Assembly: GCA_037382465.1 (NCBI GenBank)
Contig: JARRPX010000004.1
Coordinates: 76,204-140,203, forward strand
DNA from: Anaerolineales bacterium
GTDB taxonomy: Bacteria > Chloroflexota > Anaerolineae > Anaerolineales > E44-bin32
Reading direction: 5' to 3'
DNA length: 64,000 nt
Shown here: one piece after another, positions 1-9,354 of the stretch
Layout: each line of letters opens with the position of its first letter
Position numbering within the stretch: the first letter of the stretch is position 1
Notes under the pieces: model-generated
What the model saw: the letters and a program-made list of their open reading frames with translations, nothing else
Databases searched by the model: none
Told to the model about the DNA's origin: nothing
Position numbers and translations under genes: made by a program

Positions 1-486
1 ATAGGTGCATTCCAGCGCCTGGGATACTTCCTTATAACTCTGTCCGTTGAATTCTCGCAGGATAAGTGCTTGACGATAAACAGTCGGCATGGCATCCAAT
101 GTGCTCCATACCGCCAGACGCGCCTCGTTGCGCTGTACGCCGCGTTCGGAGGGTCGTTTCGTAATCGGTGCCTCTGCCATCATCGTTGGTTCTTCAAGAT
201 CGACGAATCTTCGGTTTCGACGCAGATAATCCACCGCCAGGTTGCTTGCGATGCGAAAGACCCAAGATTTGAAATCCCAGGGTGGACCGAGCTGTCCAAT
301 TCGCTCGTGAGCACGGATGAAAGCATCCTGTGTCACATCCTCTGCCGCCTGGCGGTCCCCAAGCATGTGGTATACGTAGTTCAACACTAGCTGGTGCAGC
401 TGGTTGAAGAGCGTCGCAAAAGCTTCGTCTTCACCCTGCTGGGCTCGTTGAACCAACGCTACGTCATCGCGCCCAGGTACCTTCAC
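1..486 (-). CDS. ECF-type RNA polymerase sigma factor (sigma-70 group 4); C-terminus runs off the left edge
   Basis: My own minus-strand translation from GTG at 484-486 gives VKVPGRDDVALVQRAQQGEDEAFATLFNQLHQLVLNYVYHMLGDRQAAEDVTQDAFIRAHERIGQL...FKSWVFRIASNLAVDYLRRNRR...YRQALILREFNGQSYKEVSQALE. These are region 2 and region 4 motifs. It is absent from the ORF track because the window edge cuts it. Confidence 0.85.
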   Translation of the reverse strand, partial: MKVPGRDDVALVQRAQQGEDEAFATLFNQLHQLVLNYVYHMLGDRQAAEDVTQDAFIRAHERIGQLGPPWDFKSWVFRIASNLAVDYLRRNRRFVDLEEPTMMAEAPITKRPSERGVQRNEARLAVWSTLDAMPTVYRQALILREFNGQSYKEVSQALECTY

Positions 487-832
487 GTTTTCCTCTGACA
501 ACCTTCTCCTCTACAACGCACTACATGGGGAATTTGTGACAGCGATTCCGATGGTTCTATTTTAAGACTATAGCATGAATTGGTATCGAAGGGTGTATCG
601 TATTCCAGTCAGAAGACCACATGACAAGCATAGTTTGGGTGTAGAAAAAAGAACCTGCAAATTTTCGGAAAATACGCTATGGTATTAAGGATTCAGAGAT
701 AAGATTCTGGGATTGACAACGTATCATAAGAAAATCCACTCCCACATTTGTCACCTTCCCAAGCTGGGCTATAAAACGGTATGATAAAAGCAATCCTACA
801 CGTATGATCGAGAAATCAAGAGGCGAGGTGGC

Positions 833-2443
833 GTGAAACATCGTGTTCTGATATTCCTCTCTGTGGTGTCGCTGACAATTTGTGGTTTTACATTTCGCGA
901 CACATTTTCTACCGCAGAATGGACCACGATCGTCGAGGGGATCGACTATCGGGAGTTTCGACTTCCCGGTCCAAATCGAGCCTTTGTTGCCCGCATGGAT
1001 CGATCAAATCCGAACCTCATTCTGGACAGCAGTATTGCACAAGGAAGGCTTTCTGGCGGGATGGAAACAGTCAGCCTGATGGCCAATCGGTACGAGCAAT
1101 CCATCAACGCCTGGGCTCCACCGCCTGACCAATCCGTCCCAAACATCTTTCCGCTCAGCCAGCCAGCCAAACCGACGAAACCCGTTTTCGAGCCATGGGG
1201 ATCACGAAACGATGTTGTAATCGCTATCAACGGAACCTTCTACTACATGGACACCGGCGTTACGATAGGCGGTTTCGTGCACTCTGGTTGGTATGACAAA
1301 CCTTTCGGAAATCTGGGAGGCGGCAGTGGTTTCGCCTGGCAACAGGATCGCTCCGCATTCATCGGTGAATGTGTCTATCACCCATATAATAAACAACGCA
1401 TCACGAATCTTTCGACAGAGAGAACCTTATATTACGATACGATCAATTTCCCCCGAGAAGGCCAGGACCTCGTCATTTACACACCACAATTCGATCGGGA
1501 CAGCCAACGAGAAGGCGAGATTACAGAAATCCTGGTCGAACTCACCCGCACCCTCGGTATCCGCCCTTACCCAGATATGACCGTCGGAATCGTGCGGCAA
1601 GTAAGCGATGCCGAAGGTCCTATTCCAATTCCTTTCGATCACATTGTGATATCTGCGCACCAGGAGAACAACAGACGGAAATTACGAGAAAACTTTCATG
1701 TCGGCGACAAGATCGGCATCTCGATAGACGTAGTGTCCCTGAAAGAAGACTGCGAGGAACCATTACCACTTAATTGGGCAAACACGTATGCCAGTATCGG
1801 TGGCAGCTTCTTTTTCCTGAAGGACGGTGGAATTCCAAGCTTCGACAATCCAGGAGCGACGCTGCGCCATCCGCGCACAGCAATCTGTTACAACACCGAC
1901 TACATCTATTTCGTCGTCGTTGACAGTCGGCAGCAGAACTACAGTATCGGAATGACGATCGATGAACTCGCTCAATTCTGCAGAGATGATCTCGCAGCTA
2001 CCTGGGGAATCAATCAGGACGGAGGGGGTTCATCCACAATGTGGATCCAGGGGCAGATTGTGAATTCGCCATCGGATGGAGCTGAAAGACCTGTGGCCAA
2101 CGGGATGATGATGATCCTCGTTGAGCCGATGGAGCGTTCGGATGCCTTCCAGGTCAATGATGAAGTGAAAACCAGCGAAGCGAGTAAGGTATGGCTGGGA
2201 CCGGGCACCAATTTCGCCGTCCACTCATCCGTGCCGGAAGGCGCAAGCGGAAGAATCGTGCCCCACATGAACGATCTGAACGGCGTATATGCCAAGGGCA
2301 CCTATTGGTGGAAGGTCGATTTCGGTTCGAAGGTTGGCTGGCTGCCGGAGGAAACACTCATCCTCGTCTATCGTCCCGAGTTCATCATCGCCTTTCGGTT
2401 CGCACCCGGTGCTGCACTAAACGAGATCGGTTCGACCTACTAG
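833..2443 (+). CDS. secreted phosphodiester glycosidase family protein (NAGPA/DUF2233-like) with C-terminal SH3b-like domain
   Basis: 536-aa ORF with N-terminal hydrophobic signal MKHRVLIFLSVVSLTICGF. It has the INQDGGGSSTMW motif typical of the phosphodiester glycosidase family and a C-terminal GTYWWKVDFGSKVGWLPEETL SH3b-like pattern. Confidence 0.7.
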   Translation: MKHRVLIFLSVVSLTICGFTFRDTFSTAEWTTIVEGIDYREFRLPGPNRAFVARMDRSNPNLILDSSIAQGRLSGGMETVSLMANRYEQSINAWAPPPDQSVPNIFPLSQPAKPTKPVFEPWGSRNDVVIAINGTFYYMDTGVTIGGFVHSGWYDKPFGNLGGGSGFAWQQDRSAFIGECVYHPYNKQRITNLSTERTLYYDTINFPREGQDLVIYTPQFDRDSQREGEITEILVELTRTLGIRPYPDMTVGIVRQVSDAEGPIPIPFDHIVISAHQENNRRKLRENFHVGDKIGISIDVVSLKEDCEEPLPLNWANTYASIGGSFFFLKDGGIPSFDNPGATLRHPRTAICYNTDYIYFVVVDSRQQNYSIGMTIDELAQFCRDDLAATWGINQDGGGSSTMWIQGQIVNSPSDGAERPVANGMMMILVEPMERSDAFQVNDEVKTSEASKVWLGPGTNFAVHSSVPEGASGRIVPHMNDLNGVYAKGTYWWKVDFGSKVGWLPEETLILVYRPEFIIAFRFAPGAALNEIGSTY

Positions 2444-2576
2444 CAGCCCAAACAGATTCCGTTCTACCCAGCATACCATCCATGTCCCGGCATGTCAGAC
2501 GCCGTGGTTGAGTGGATTTCCCCCTCGAGTCCGCTTCAATCAGAAGCCGAGCTGCCAGGATGGACCGAGGTGCACT

Positions 2577-2867
2577 TCAGCGGATCACCGCCCCGAAGGC
2601 GAGGAACGCTTCACAATGTGGACAGATGATAATCTGTTTCTGCCGCATTATCCCCATGCCCTTCTTCTTGATCCACACTTTGTCCAATTCTGCTTTGCAG
2701 AACGGGCACTTGGGCAAGACGTCCTGCGGTGCTCTTTCGTATCGAACTTCCACAACATGCTCTCCTTGAATGAAATCTCCCGGTATCGAGTAAGATGCCG
2801 ATTTACAGATCCGATTGTAACCCCAGAAGCCACGACAGTGCACAGGCGGAAGAGCGCCTAAAACCAA
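2577..2867 (-). CDS. small zinc-ribbon protein, hypothetical
   Basis: 96-aa ORF with paired CPFC...CPHC motifs. It overlaps the stop of the upstream metallophosphoesterase gene by 10 nt, which suggests operon coupling. The competing plus-strand ORFs look non-protein-like. Start is uncertain. Confidence 0.4.
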   Translation of the reverse strand: MVLGALPPVHCRGFWGYNRICKSASYSIPGDFIQGEHVVEVRYERAPQDVLPKCPFCKAELDKVWIKKKGMGIMRQKQIIICPHCEAFLAFGAVIR

Positions 2868-3511
2868 ACCCGTTTACCTGACACGTCTACATTAAACACC
2901 GTAGGTGAATGCGACAATACAAAATCCTGATCGACCACGCTTGCATTAATGAACTTCGTATGCTCGTTCGCCGTGATCCCATAGCCTTCGTGGATGTGAC
3001 CAAATACATGAACCAGGGGTTGAATTCGCTCGACGAACTCCAAGAGATCCCGGCATCCCACACGGCTGCCGTGAACGGTCAGATCGCCGTGACCGTACGG
3101 CGGACCATGTGTGATCAGCACCTGCGTGTCTTCCGGGATCAACTCCCATTTTGCCCGGATTTCGGCCCCGCGCCGCAAGTTGAAAGCCCAATCATGAAAC
3201 CAGGGCTGCCAGGGGCTGCCGTAGAATCGAACGCCGTCCGCCTGGTATGAGGCATCCTGAAGGTAAACGCAATTCGAGAGAATGGCCGCGCTGCCCTGGG
3301 GATCACGTTCGATGGCGAAATCGTGGTTGCCGGCGATGACGATCTTGATTCGGTGCGGCAGGCCATCCAGAAAATCGTTGAAATCCGCAAGGTCCGTTTC
3401 CCTTCCGTATGCGCTGATGTCCCCGGCGTGAATGAAAACATCTCCATCGGGTACTGTCAGGTCGTGATGATAACCATGTGTGTCGGCCACAGCCACGATT
3501 TTCAGTGACAT
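2858..3511 (-). CDS. metallophosphoesterase (calcineurin-like phosphoesterase)
   Basis: Motifs AVADTHG, GDVFIHAGDISAYG, GNHD, THGPP and GHIH are present. I prefer the ATG at 3511 (MSLKIVAV), which follows AAGGGG, over the longer track ORF start at 3577. Confidence 0.85.
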   Translation of the reverse strand: MSLKIVAVADTHGYHHDLTVPDGDVFIHAGDISAYGRETDLADFNDFLDGLPHRIKIVIAGNHDFAIERDPQGSAAILSNCVYLQDASYQADGVRFYGSPWQPWFHDWAFNLRRGAEIRAKWELIPEDTQVLITHGPPYGHGDLTVHGSRVGCRDLLEFVERIQPLVHVFGHIHEGYGITANEHTKFINASVVDQDFVLSHSPTVFNVDVSGKRVWF

Positions 3512-3700
3512 GATTCGATTCCCCTTTCGTGGCAATCTCTGGAAATAGACAGCCACCTTCGTGTGCAATTTCGTCAATCAATCATATCCCACTTGCAGCA
3601 TTCTATTGCCAACTGATAACAAAACGACCCGGAGCCTTGTGATTCAAGGATATCAACTGGGCTTGCCAGCCTTCTACGCAGTCCTGAGAGTGTTTTACAG

Positions 3701-3731
3701 GAGGGGGGAATCCCCTAATCAATTTAGGGGC
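3701..3731 (+). promoter_or_regulatory. 31-bp G4/C4 inverted-repeat motif (copy A) upstream of xylF
   Basis: GAGGGGGGAATCCCCTAATCAATTTAGGGGC. It contains GGGG-AAT-CCCC and a perfect CCCCTAA-N5-TTAGGGG inverted repeat. It matches the reverse complement of 11161-11200 at 24/31 positions. Confidence 0.35.
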
Positions 3732-4137
3732 AATCTCTCTGTAATTTCATGCTACATTCCATATACTGCTAAAGACAATTTCAAAAGTCTTTCGCCTTTT
3801 CAATTATCAAACCCTAGGTTGTCGTTGTATCCACCGACCCGGTGGAATACTGGAGGAGGAGGGACCACCTATCGAGTTCTGTGACGCTTGGACAAACTCA
3901 TCCGCCCTCAAGCACAGAGAGCGCACGAGTACGGAATACCAAATCTACAATTCACAGAATACCTCCCGATATTTTAAAAATACGTACGTGTATCGTCTCA
4001 GGCCAAAATAATCGTCTTTTTAGATCATCGATACCATCCGAAATTCGAAACTCGAACAAGCAGGAGGTGAATCCGGACGAGAAGTACGAACCAAATTGCA
4101 CGTCGATTGTACAACCAAGAAAAAAATAGGAGGAAAG

Positions 4138-5322
4138 ATGCGCCGCTTATCATTACGTTACGTTGTTTTGGTTCTCTTGATCGTGTTAGTCGCTGGCATG
4201 CTCTTTGGCTGCGCGAAGAAAGCAACTGAAGCCCCTGCAGCGCAAGAGCCTGCAGCGGAAGAACCCGCAGCGGAAGAACCTGCAGCGCAAGAACCTGCAG
4301 CCCCAGGCACGACTAAAATCGGTCTTTCGTTCTCCGACTTCGCCACAGAGCGTTGGAGCACGGAAGAGGCTCTGATGCGCGGGCTGCTGGAGGACAAGGG
4401 CTACGAGGTCCTGACCGCGGAAGCAAGCCATGACGTCAAGCTGCAGAACGATCAGATCGACAACATGGTCGCACAAGGCGTTAAGGTCATTATCGTCGTT
4501 GCAGAAGATGGAGACGCCATCGTAACCTCGGTTGATAAAGCAGCCGATGCTGGCGTCGCCGTCATCGCCTACGACCGCCTGATCAAAACCCCCAAGATCG
4601 CAGCTTACATCTCCTTCAACAACGTTGAAGTTGGCCGGCAGCAGGCATTGGGTGTGATGTCCGCCCTCAACATCGAGGAATGGGACGTGAACGCGAACGG
4701 TCCCGCGAGAATCGTGAAACTCGGCGGCAGCCCCACCGACAACAACGCCATCCTCTTCCGCCAGGGTCAAGATGAAATTCTTAATCCCTACGAAGAAGCC
4801 GGCAAGATCGAAATCGTTGCCGATCAATGGGTGGACAACTGGGATGCAGCCAATGCGCTGGCCCTGATGGAGAACATCCTCACCGCCACCGGAAACGAAA
4901 TCGACGGTGTCGTCGCATCGAATGACGGGACCGCACTTGGTGCACTGCAGGCCATGGCTGCACAGGGTCTGGCAGGCAATGTGCCGATCTCGGGTCAGGA
5001 CGCCACGGCAGACGGCTGCAACAGCATCGTCAAGGGCGAACTCACCGTGTCGATTCTCAAGGACGTACGTGACCTGGGACCGCTCGCCATCAATCTGGCG
5101 GACGCGTTCGCCAAGGGCGAGACGCCTGAGGGCCTGACTTCGTACACCCTGGCAGAACTCACCTTGGACGACAGCCTGGTAGGCGAGGTCAACTGCGCCT
5201 TCCTGGATGTCTATCAGGTGAATGCCGCCAACGTTTACGACCTGGTGGTTGTCTCTGGATTCCAGAGCTACGATGATGTCTATCGCGACATCCCCGAAGA
5301 TCAACGACCGCCACGCCCGTAA
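4138..5322 (+). CDS. xylF: D-xylose-type sugar ABC transporter substrate-binding lipoprotein
   Basis: ATG 4138 follows TAGGAGGA. Lipobox is LFGCAKK. There is clear by-eye collinearity with E. coli XylF (GGSPTDNNAILFRQGQ..., ADQWVDNWDAANALALMENILTA, VVASNDGTALGALQA, ISGQDA). Confidence 0.85.
   Translation: MRRLSLRYVVLVLLIVLVAGMLFGCAKKATEAPAAQEPAAEEPAAEEPAAQEPAAPGTTKIGLSFSDFATERWSTEEALMRGLLEDKGYEVLTAEASHDVKLQNDQIDNMVAQGVKVIIVVAEDGDAIVTSVDKAADAGVAVIAYDRLIKTPKIAAYISFNNVEVGRQQALGVMSALNIEEWDVNANGPARIVKLGGSPTDNNAILFRQGQDEILNPYEEAGKIEIVADQWVDNWDAANALALMENILTATGNEIDGVVASNDGTALGALQAMAAQGLAGNVPISGQDATADGCNSIVKGELTVSILKDVRDLGPLAINLADAFAKGETPEGLTSYTLAELTLDDSLVGEVNCAFLDVYQVNAANVYDLVVVSGFQSYDDVYRDIPEDQRPPRP
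4234..4302 (+). repeat. in-frame 15-bp tandem repeat (about 4.6 units) encoding the (PAA[QE]E)n linker of XylF
   Basis: cctgcagcgcaagag / cctgcagcggaagaa / cccgcagcggaagaa / cctgcagcgcaagaa / cctgcagcc, translating to PAAQEPAAEEPAAEEPAAQEPAA. Confidence 0.8.
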
Positions 5323-5342
5323 TAAGTGACTGTTCGTAAGGT

Positions 5343-5376
5343 CCCGGCTCTCTTTGGGCAACCAAAGGGAGCCGGG
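5343..5376 (+). promoter_or_regulatory. intercistronic stem-loop between xylF and xylG
   Basis: CCCGGCTCTCTTTGG-gcaa-CCAAAGGGAGCCGGG pairs at 14/15 positions. No T-tract follows it, and TATAAT lies at 5378-5383. It is more likely an mRNA-stabilising or attenuating hairpin than a full terminator. Confidence 0.5.
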
Positions 5377-5420
5377 GTATAATCACCTCAATTTCAACCT
5401 GAAAAGTCCAACGAAAAAAT

Positions 5421-6983
5421 TTGACGAAGGCGCGCAAAGTGAAAAACGATATTATTCTAGATTTCCAACATGTAACCAAAAAATTTCCGGGTGTAGTTGC
5501 GCTCGACGATGTCACTTTACAGGTCGAGCGGGGGGAAATCCACGGTCTCTGTGGGGAAAACGGCGCGGGGAAGTCCACTTTGATGAAGATACTTTCCGGC
5601 GTCCACCCCTTCGGCACGTACGAAGGATCGATTCTCTACGAAGGCAAGGAACTCAAGCTGGAGAACCGCGCCATCCGGCGGGCAAGCGAGGCGGGAATCG
5701 CCATCGTTTATCAGGAGTTGACCCTCGTGTCGAGCATGACCGTGGGTGAAAACATCTACCTGGGGAAAGAACCCAGAGAAAACGGCTTCATCAACTGGAA
5801 TAAACTCTACTCCGATACCCAGAAGGTTCTGGATAAATACAATCTCGACGTCGAACCGCAGGCGATCGTCGGAAACCTCGGCGTCGGCAAACAGCAGATG
5901 GTGGAGATCGCCAAGGCTCTGGCCGTCGACGCCAACGTACTTATTTTGGACGAACCCACGAGCGCGCTCACGGAAGCGGAAACCGATCAATTAATGGAAA
6001 TCATCCGCTCTTTGAAATCTCACGGCGTCACGTGCATATATATCTCCCACAAACTCGATGAATTCTTCCGTATTGCAGACTGCATGACCATCCTGCGAGA
6101 TGGAAAAGTCGTCGACACGCTGCCGACGAGCGAACTAAGCCATGAACAACTGGTCAAAATGATGGTCGGCCGTGAGATGCACAAGCGCTTCCCACCCAGC
6201 AAGCGCAAACCCGGCAAAGTCATCATGGAAGTGGAAGATCTGCATGCCCAGGATCCGAACGACCCCAATCGAACGGTGCTCAACGGCGTTACCTTCGATT
6301 TGCGGCGCGGGGAAATTCTGGGAATCGCCGGTCTGATGGGATCAGGACGCACAGAGTTGGCCATGACCCTGTTCGGTGAGTACGGCAAGATCACCCAGGG
6401 TCATATTTTCCTGGACGGTGAAGAGATCCAGCCCCACTCTGCCAGCGCTGCGATTCAAAAGGGCCTGAGCTTGGTCCCGGAAGACCGCAAAGGGTACGGT
6501 CTGATCCTGATCCAATCCGTGCGCAGGAACATCTCATTACCCAACCTGAGTCAATTTTCCTCTTTCATGCGCATCGACCGCCTGGCGGAACTTCGGGCGA
6601 CGATGCAGCAATCCAAGAGCCTGGATATTAAGGCGCCCAGCCTGGAAGTTCCCGTCAACACCTTATCCGGCGGCAACCAGCAGAAAGTCGTGATTTCGAA
6701 GTGGCTGATGTCAAAACCGAAAGTGCTCATCATGGACGATCCCTGCCGGGGCATCGACGTCGGCGCGAAATTTGAGATTTACAAACTGATGACCGAACTG
6801 GCCGAGAAGGGGGTTTCGATCATCATGACTTCCAGCGAATTGGAGGAAGTACTGGGCATGTGCGACCGGGTGCTGGTCATGCACGAAGGGCGCTCGAACG
6901 GCTTGCTCGACATCTCCGAAGCCAGCCAGGAACGTATCATGGCACTAGCAACCGGCATCGCAGAAAGTGAGCCGGCGAAATAA
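5421..6983 (+). CDS. xylG: xylose-type sugar ABC transporter ATP-binding protein with tandem NBDs (CUT2 family)
   Basis: 520 aa with two ABC domains (GENGAGKST ... LILDEPT; LSGGNQQK ... LIMDDPCRGIDVGAK). It is collinear with E. coli XylG. An alternative start is the GTG at 5439 (MKNDIILDFQHVTKKF). Confidence 0.85.
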   Translation: MTKARKVKNDIILDFQHVTKKFPGVVALDDVTLQVERGEIHGLCGENGAGKSTLMKILSGVHPFGTYEGSILYEGKELKLENRAIRRASEAGIAIVYQELTLVSSMTVGENIYLGKEPRENGFINWNKLYSDTQKVLDKYNLDVEPQAIVGNLGVGKQQMVEIAKALAVDANVLILDEPTSALTEAETDQLMEIIRSLKSHGVTCIYISHKLDEFFRIADCMTILRDGKVVDTLPTSELSHEQLVKMMVGREMHKRFPPSKRKPGKVIMEVEDLHAQDPNDPNRTVLNGVTFDLRRGEILGIAGLMGSGRTELAMTLFGEYGKITQGHIFLDGEEIQPHSASAAIQKGLSLVPEDRKGYGLILIQSVRRNISLPNLSQFSSFMRIDRLAELRATMQQSKSLDIKAPSLEVPVNTLSGGNQQKVVISKWLMSKPKVLIMDDPCRGIDVGAKFEIYKLMTELAEKGVSIIMTSSELEEVLGMCDRVLVMHEGRSNGLLDISEASQERIMALATGIAESEPAK

Positions 6984-7030
6984 CATAAGGGGGGAGCAAT
7001 CCAATCACAACCTTGAAGAAGGAATAGCAA

Positions 7031-8203
7031 ATGAACCTACCTAACGAACTCGTACAGCAATTTCGGCGGAACATCCAAACCTACAGCATCATTATTGCGC
7101 TAATCGTTATCTGGGGGTTTTTCGGAGTGCTGAGTGAAGGCGCGTACCTGCAGCCCCAGAACTTCTCGAACCTGTTCCGCCAAATGACGGTGACTTCATT
7201 CCTCGCCATCGGTATGGTCTTGGTGATCGTTACCGGAAACATCGATCTATCGGTAGGGAAAGCCGCAGGATTCATATCCGTGATGGTGGCGCACCACCAA
7301 TACCGAGTATGGCATGCATTAATCCCGGATCAGCCGTTGTTGGCAGCTGCATTGTCGGTTGTTCTCGGCATCGGTCTGGGTATTCTGTGGGGCATTATCC
7401 AAGGATATATCATTTCGTATCAAGGCATCCCGGCATTCATCGTCACGCTCGGTGGACTCTTCGTCATGCGTGGCGCGATCCTGCTGCGAACGGAAGGCAA
7501 GACCATCCCCGCGAATCAACCTTTTTTCAAAACCATCGCTCAGGGTTACATTGATCCAAAGTACAGCTGGATTATCGCCGGAGTGGTGATCTTATTTCTA
7601 ATATTCAACATGTTCCGCAGCCGAAGGAAGAAGCGTGAGTATGGCTTCGAGCAGTCCAGCTTCGCCATGGATCTGTCGATGACCTTCTTCTTCTCTTTAC
7701 TCGTGGCTTTGTATGTGTACATCGTCAATAAGTACCAGGGTTTTCAAATCCCTGTCCTGTTGCTGGCAATCGCCGCCGTCATTCTGGCTTACGTTTCCAA
7801 CAACTCGCGATTCGGACGGTATGCCTATGCAATCGGCGGCAACCGCGAAGCGGCCCGGCTTTCCGGCATCAACATCCGCAAAAACGTGTTTCAGGTTTTT
7901 GTGTTGATGGGTTTTCTGACCGGTGTGGCCGGCATCGTGCTGGCTTCGTACGTCGGCTACGGCACGATTGCCGCAGGTGAAGGCTACGAATTGGATGCCA
8001 TCGCAGCCGCCATCCTTGGCGGCACCTCCCCCCTGGGTGGTGAGGGCACGATATTCGGCGCCCTGGTCGGCGCGTTGATCATGTCCAGCCTGACCAACGG
8101 CCTGCAAATCATGAACGTAGCCCCTGGATGGCAGCAGCTGGTTAAGGGTCTCGTGCTCGTTCTAGCGGTATTCGCGGATGCGAGGCTGAAAAGGAACCGC
8201 TAG
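7031..8203 (+). CDS. xylH: xylose-type sugar ABC transporter permease
   Basis: 390-aa polytopic membrane protein with GNIDLSVGK and AIGGNREAARLSGI motifs. Length and position fit XylH. Confidence 0.85.
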   Translation: MNLPNELVQQFRRNIQTYSIIIALIVIWGFFGVLSEGAYLQPQNFSNLFRQMTVTSFLAIGMVLVIVTGNIDLSVGKAAGFISVMVAHHQYRVWHALIPDQPLLAAALSVVLGIGLGILWGIIQGYIISYQGIPAFIVTLGGLFVMRGAILLRTEGKTIPANQPFFKTIAQGYIDPKYSWIIAGVVILFLIFNMFRSRRKKREYGFEQSSFAMDLSMTFFFSLLVALYVYIVNKYQGFQIPVLLLAIAAVILAYVSNNSRFGRYAYAIGGNREAARLSGINIRKNVFQVFVLMGFLTGVAGIVLASYVGYGTIAAGEGYELDAIAAAILGGTSPLGGEGTIFGALVGALIMSSLTNGLQIMNVAPGWQQLVKGLVLVLAVFADARLKRNR

Positions 8204-8250
8204 GCCGTTCAAGATATTGATTGGGTAACAGAAGAGCTTCCCTCTAGAGA

Positions 8251-8284
8251 GCGACTCCGCGTCTGGCCTTGAACGCGGAGTCGC
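8251..8284. terminator. bidirectional rho-independent terminator between convergent operons
   Basis: Perfect 12-bp stem GCGACTCCGCGT / ACGCGGAGTCGC with a 10-nt loop, followed by TGTATTTA. Confidence 0.7.
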
Positions 8285-8323
8285 TGTATTTACGCTGTTT
8301 GATCCTTCACCAGGTGAATAAAT

Positions 8324-9245
8324 CTAGCCGTCACCCATCTCCGGCGCTTCCCAGCCGATGGTGTCCCATTCATGCGGGATGCCTTTATCATCCAGGAGTG
8401 CCTCGTACTCCTTCAAATTATCCGCCGTGATGACATCCACGCCGGTATCGATGACGCCGTTGACCACCCCCATTTGCGTCGTGGCCGCCGCTTCACCCTG
8501 CGTGGCGATGAGATAGATCAACTGTACCGACTTGTAGCCCATATCGAATTCCCTTTGAGCCACCGTAGCGTCGATCACGCCCTCCTTGATCCCGTTAATG
8601 ATGTCCGTCGTGGCATCGAAACAAACGAGCTTCGTCAGGCCCACGCGGTCGGCCTCCTTGATCGCCGTCGCCCACGCAGGGCCGTTGTAGGCATAGACCC
8701 CAAAGGCACCGGCCAAATCCGGGTGCGCAGATAGCACGGAATTTGCCAATTCCAGCGCCTGCGCCGCGTCTTCCCTGTCGGTGACGGGCTCAAGCACAAC
8801 GATCTGCTCGTCAACGGCATCCAGGAACCCCTGCGTCCGCTGCAACGAATTCAATGCCGTGTCCGAACCGCGGCTGATCCCCACAACCCCACCGTTGGGC
8901 AGCAGCTCCGTCATCGTTTTTCCTGCTTCGAGACCGGCGGTGTAGTTGTCCGTGCCGATATAAACCAATGAGATAGACCCCGCAATGGGGGGTGTGTCCA
9001 GCGTCGTAACGATGATTCCCGCCGCTTCCGCCTGCCGCATCACCGGCTCCAGCGCGCTGGGATCCGAGGGAGCGATGGCAATGCCGGTGACACCCTGGGC
9101 GATGTAGGTTTCCATCGTCTGAATCTGGGATGCGACGTCCTCCACCGGTGTCACGAAGAAAATCGCTTGATCGGAACCCAAACCGAGGTCGGCAGCGGCC
9201 GCCATTACCCCCCCCGAAAACTAGAGTAATGCGCAAGGTTTTCAT
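8324..9245 (-). pseudogene. type I periplasmic-binding-fold sugar-binding protein, frame-broken at a G8/C8 run near the 5' end
   Basis: The ATG at 9245 follows a strong SD (GAAGGAAGGAGCGAT-ATG) and encodes [12 protein letters not shown].... The conserved 293-aa PBP reading frame (8324-9205) is in the +1 frame. A run of 7 rather than 8 C at 9208-9215 would join them into [33 protein letters not shown].... Confidence 0.6.
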
Positions 9246-9354
9246 ATCGCTCCTTCCTTCGCGCCCCGGTCTGTGATTGTACTATTTGAGAAAGCTGCTG
9301 TGGAGTCTATAACGAGATGGATTTCATCGCTCGCAGTGTTGAATCTGCACCATC

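Noticed and set aside
4186-5361. A 391-aa ORF antisense to xylF.
   Set aside because: The plus-strand product aligns end to end with XylF-type binding proteins and has an SD and a lipobox. The antisense translation is Arg/Gly/Cys/Val-rich with no motifs. This is the usual shadow ORF of GC-rich coding DNA.
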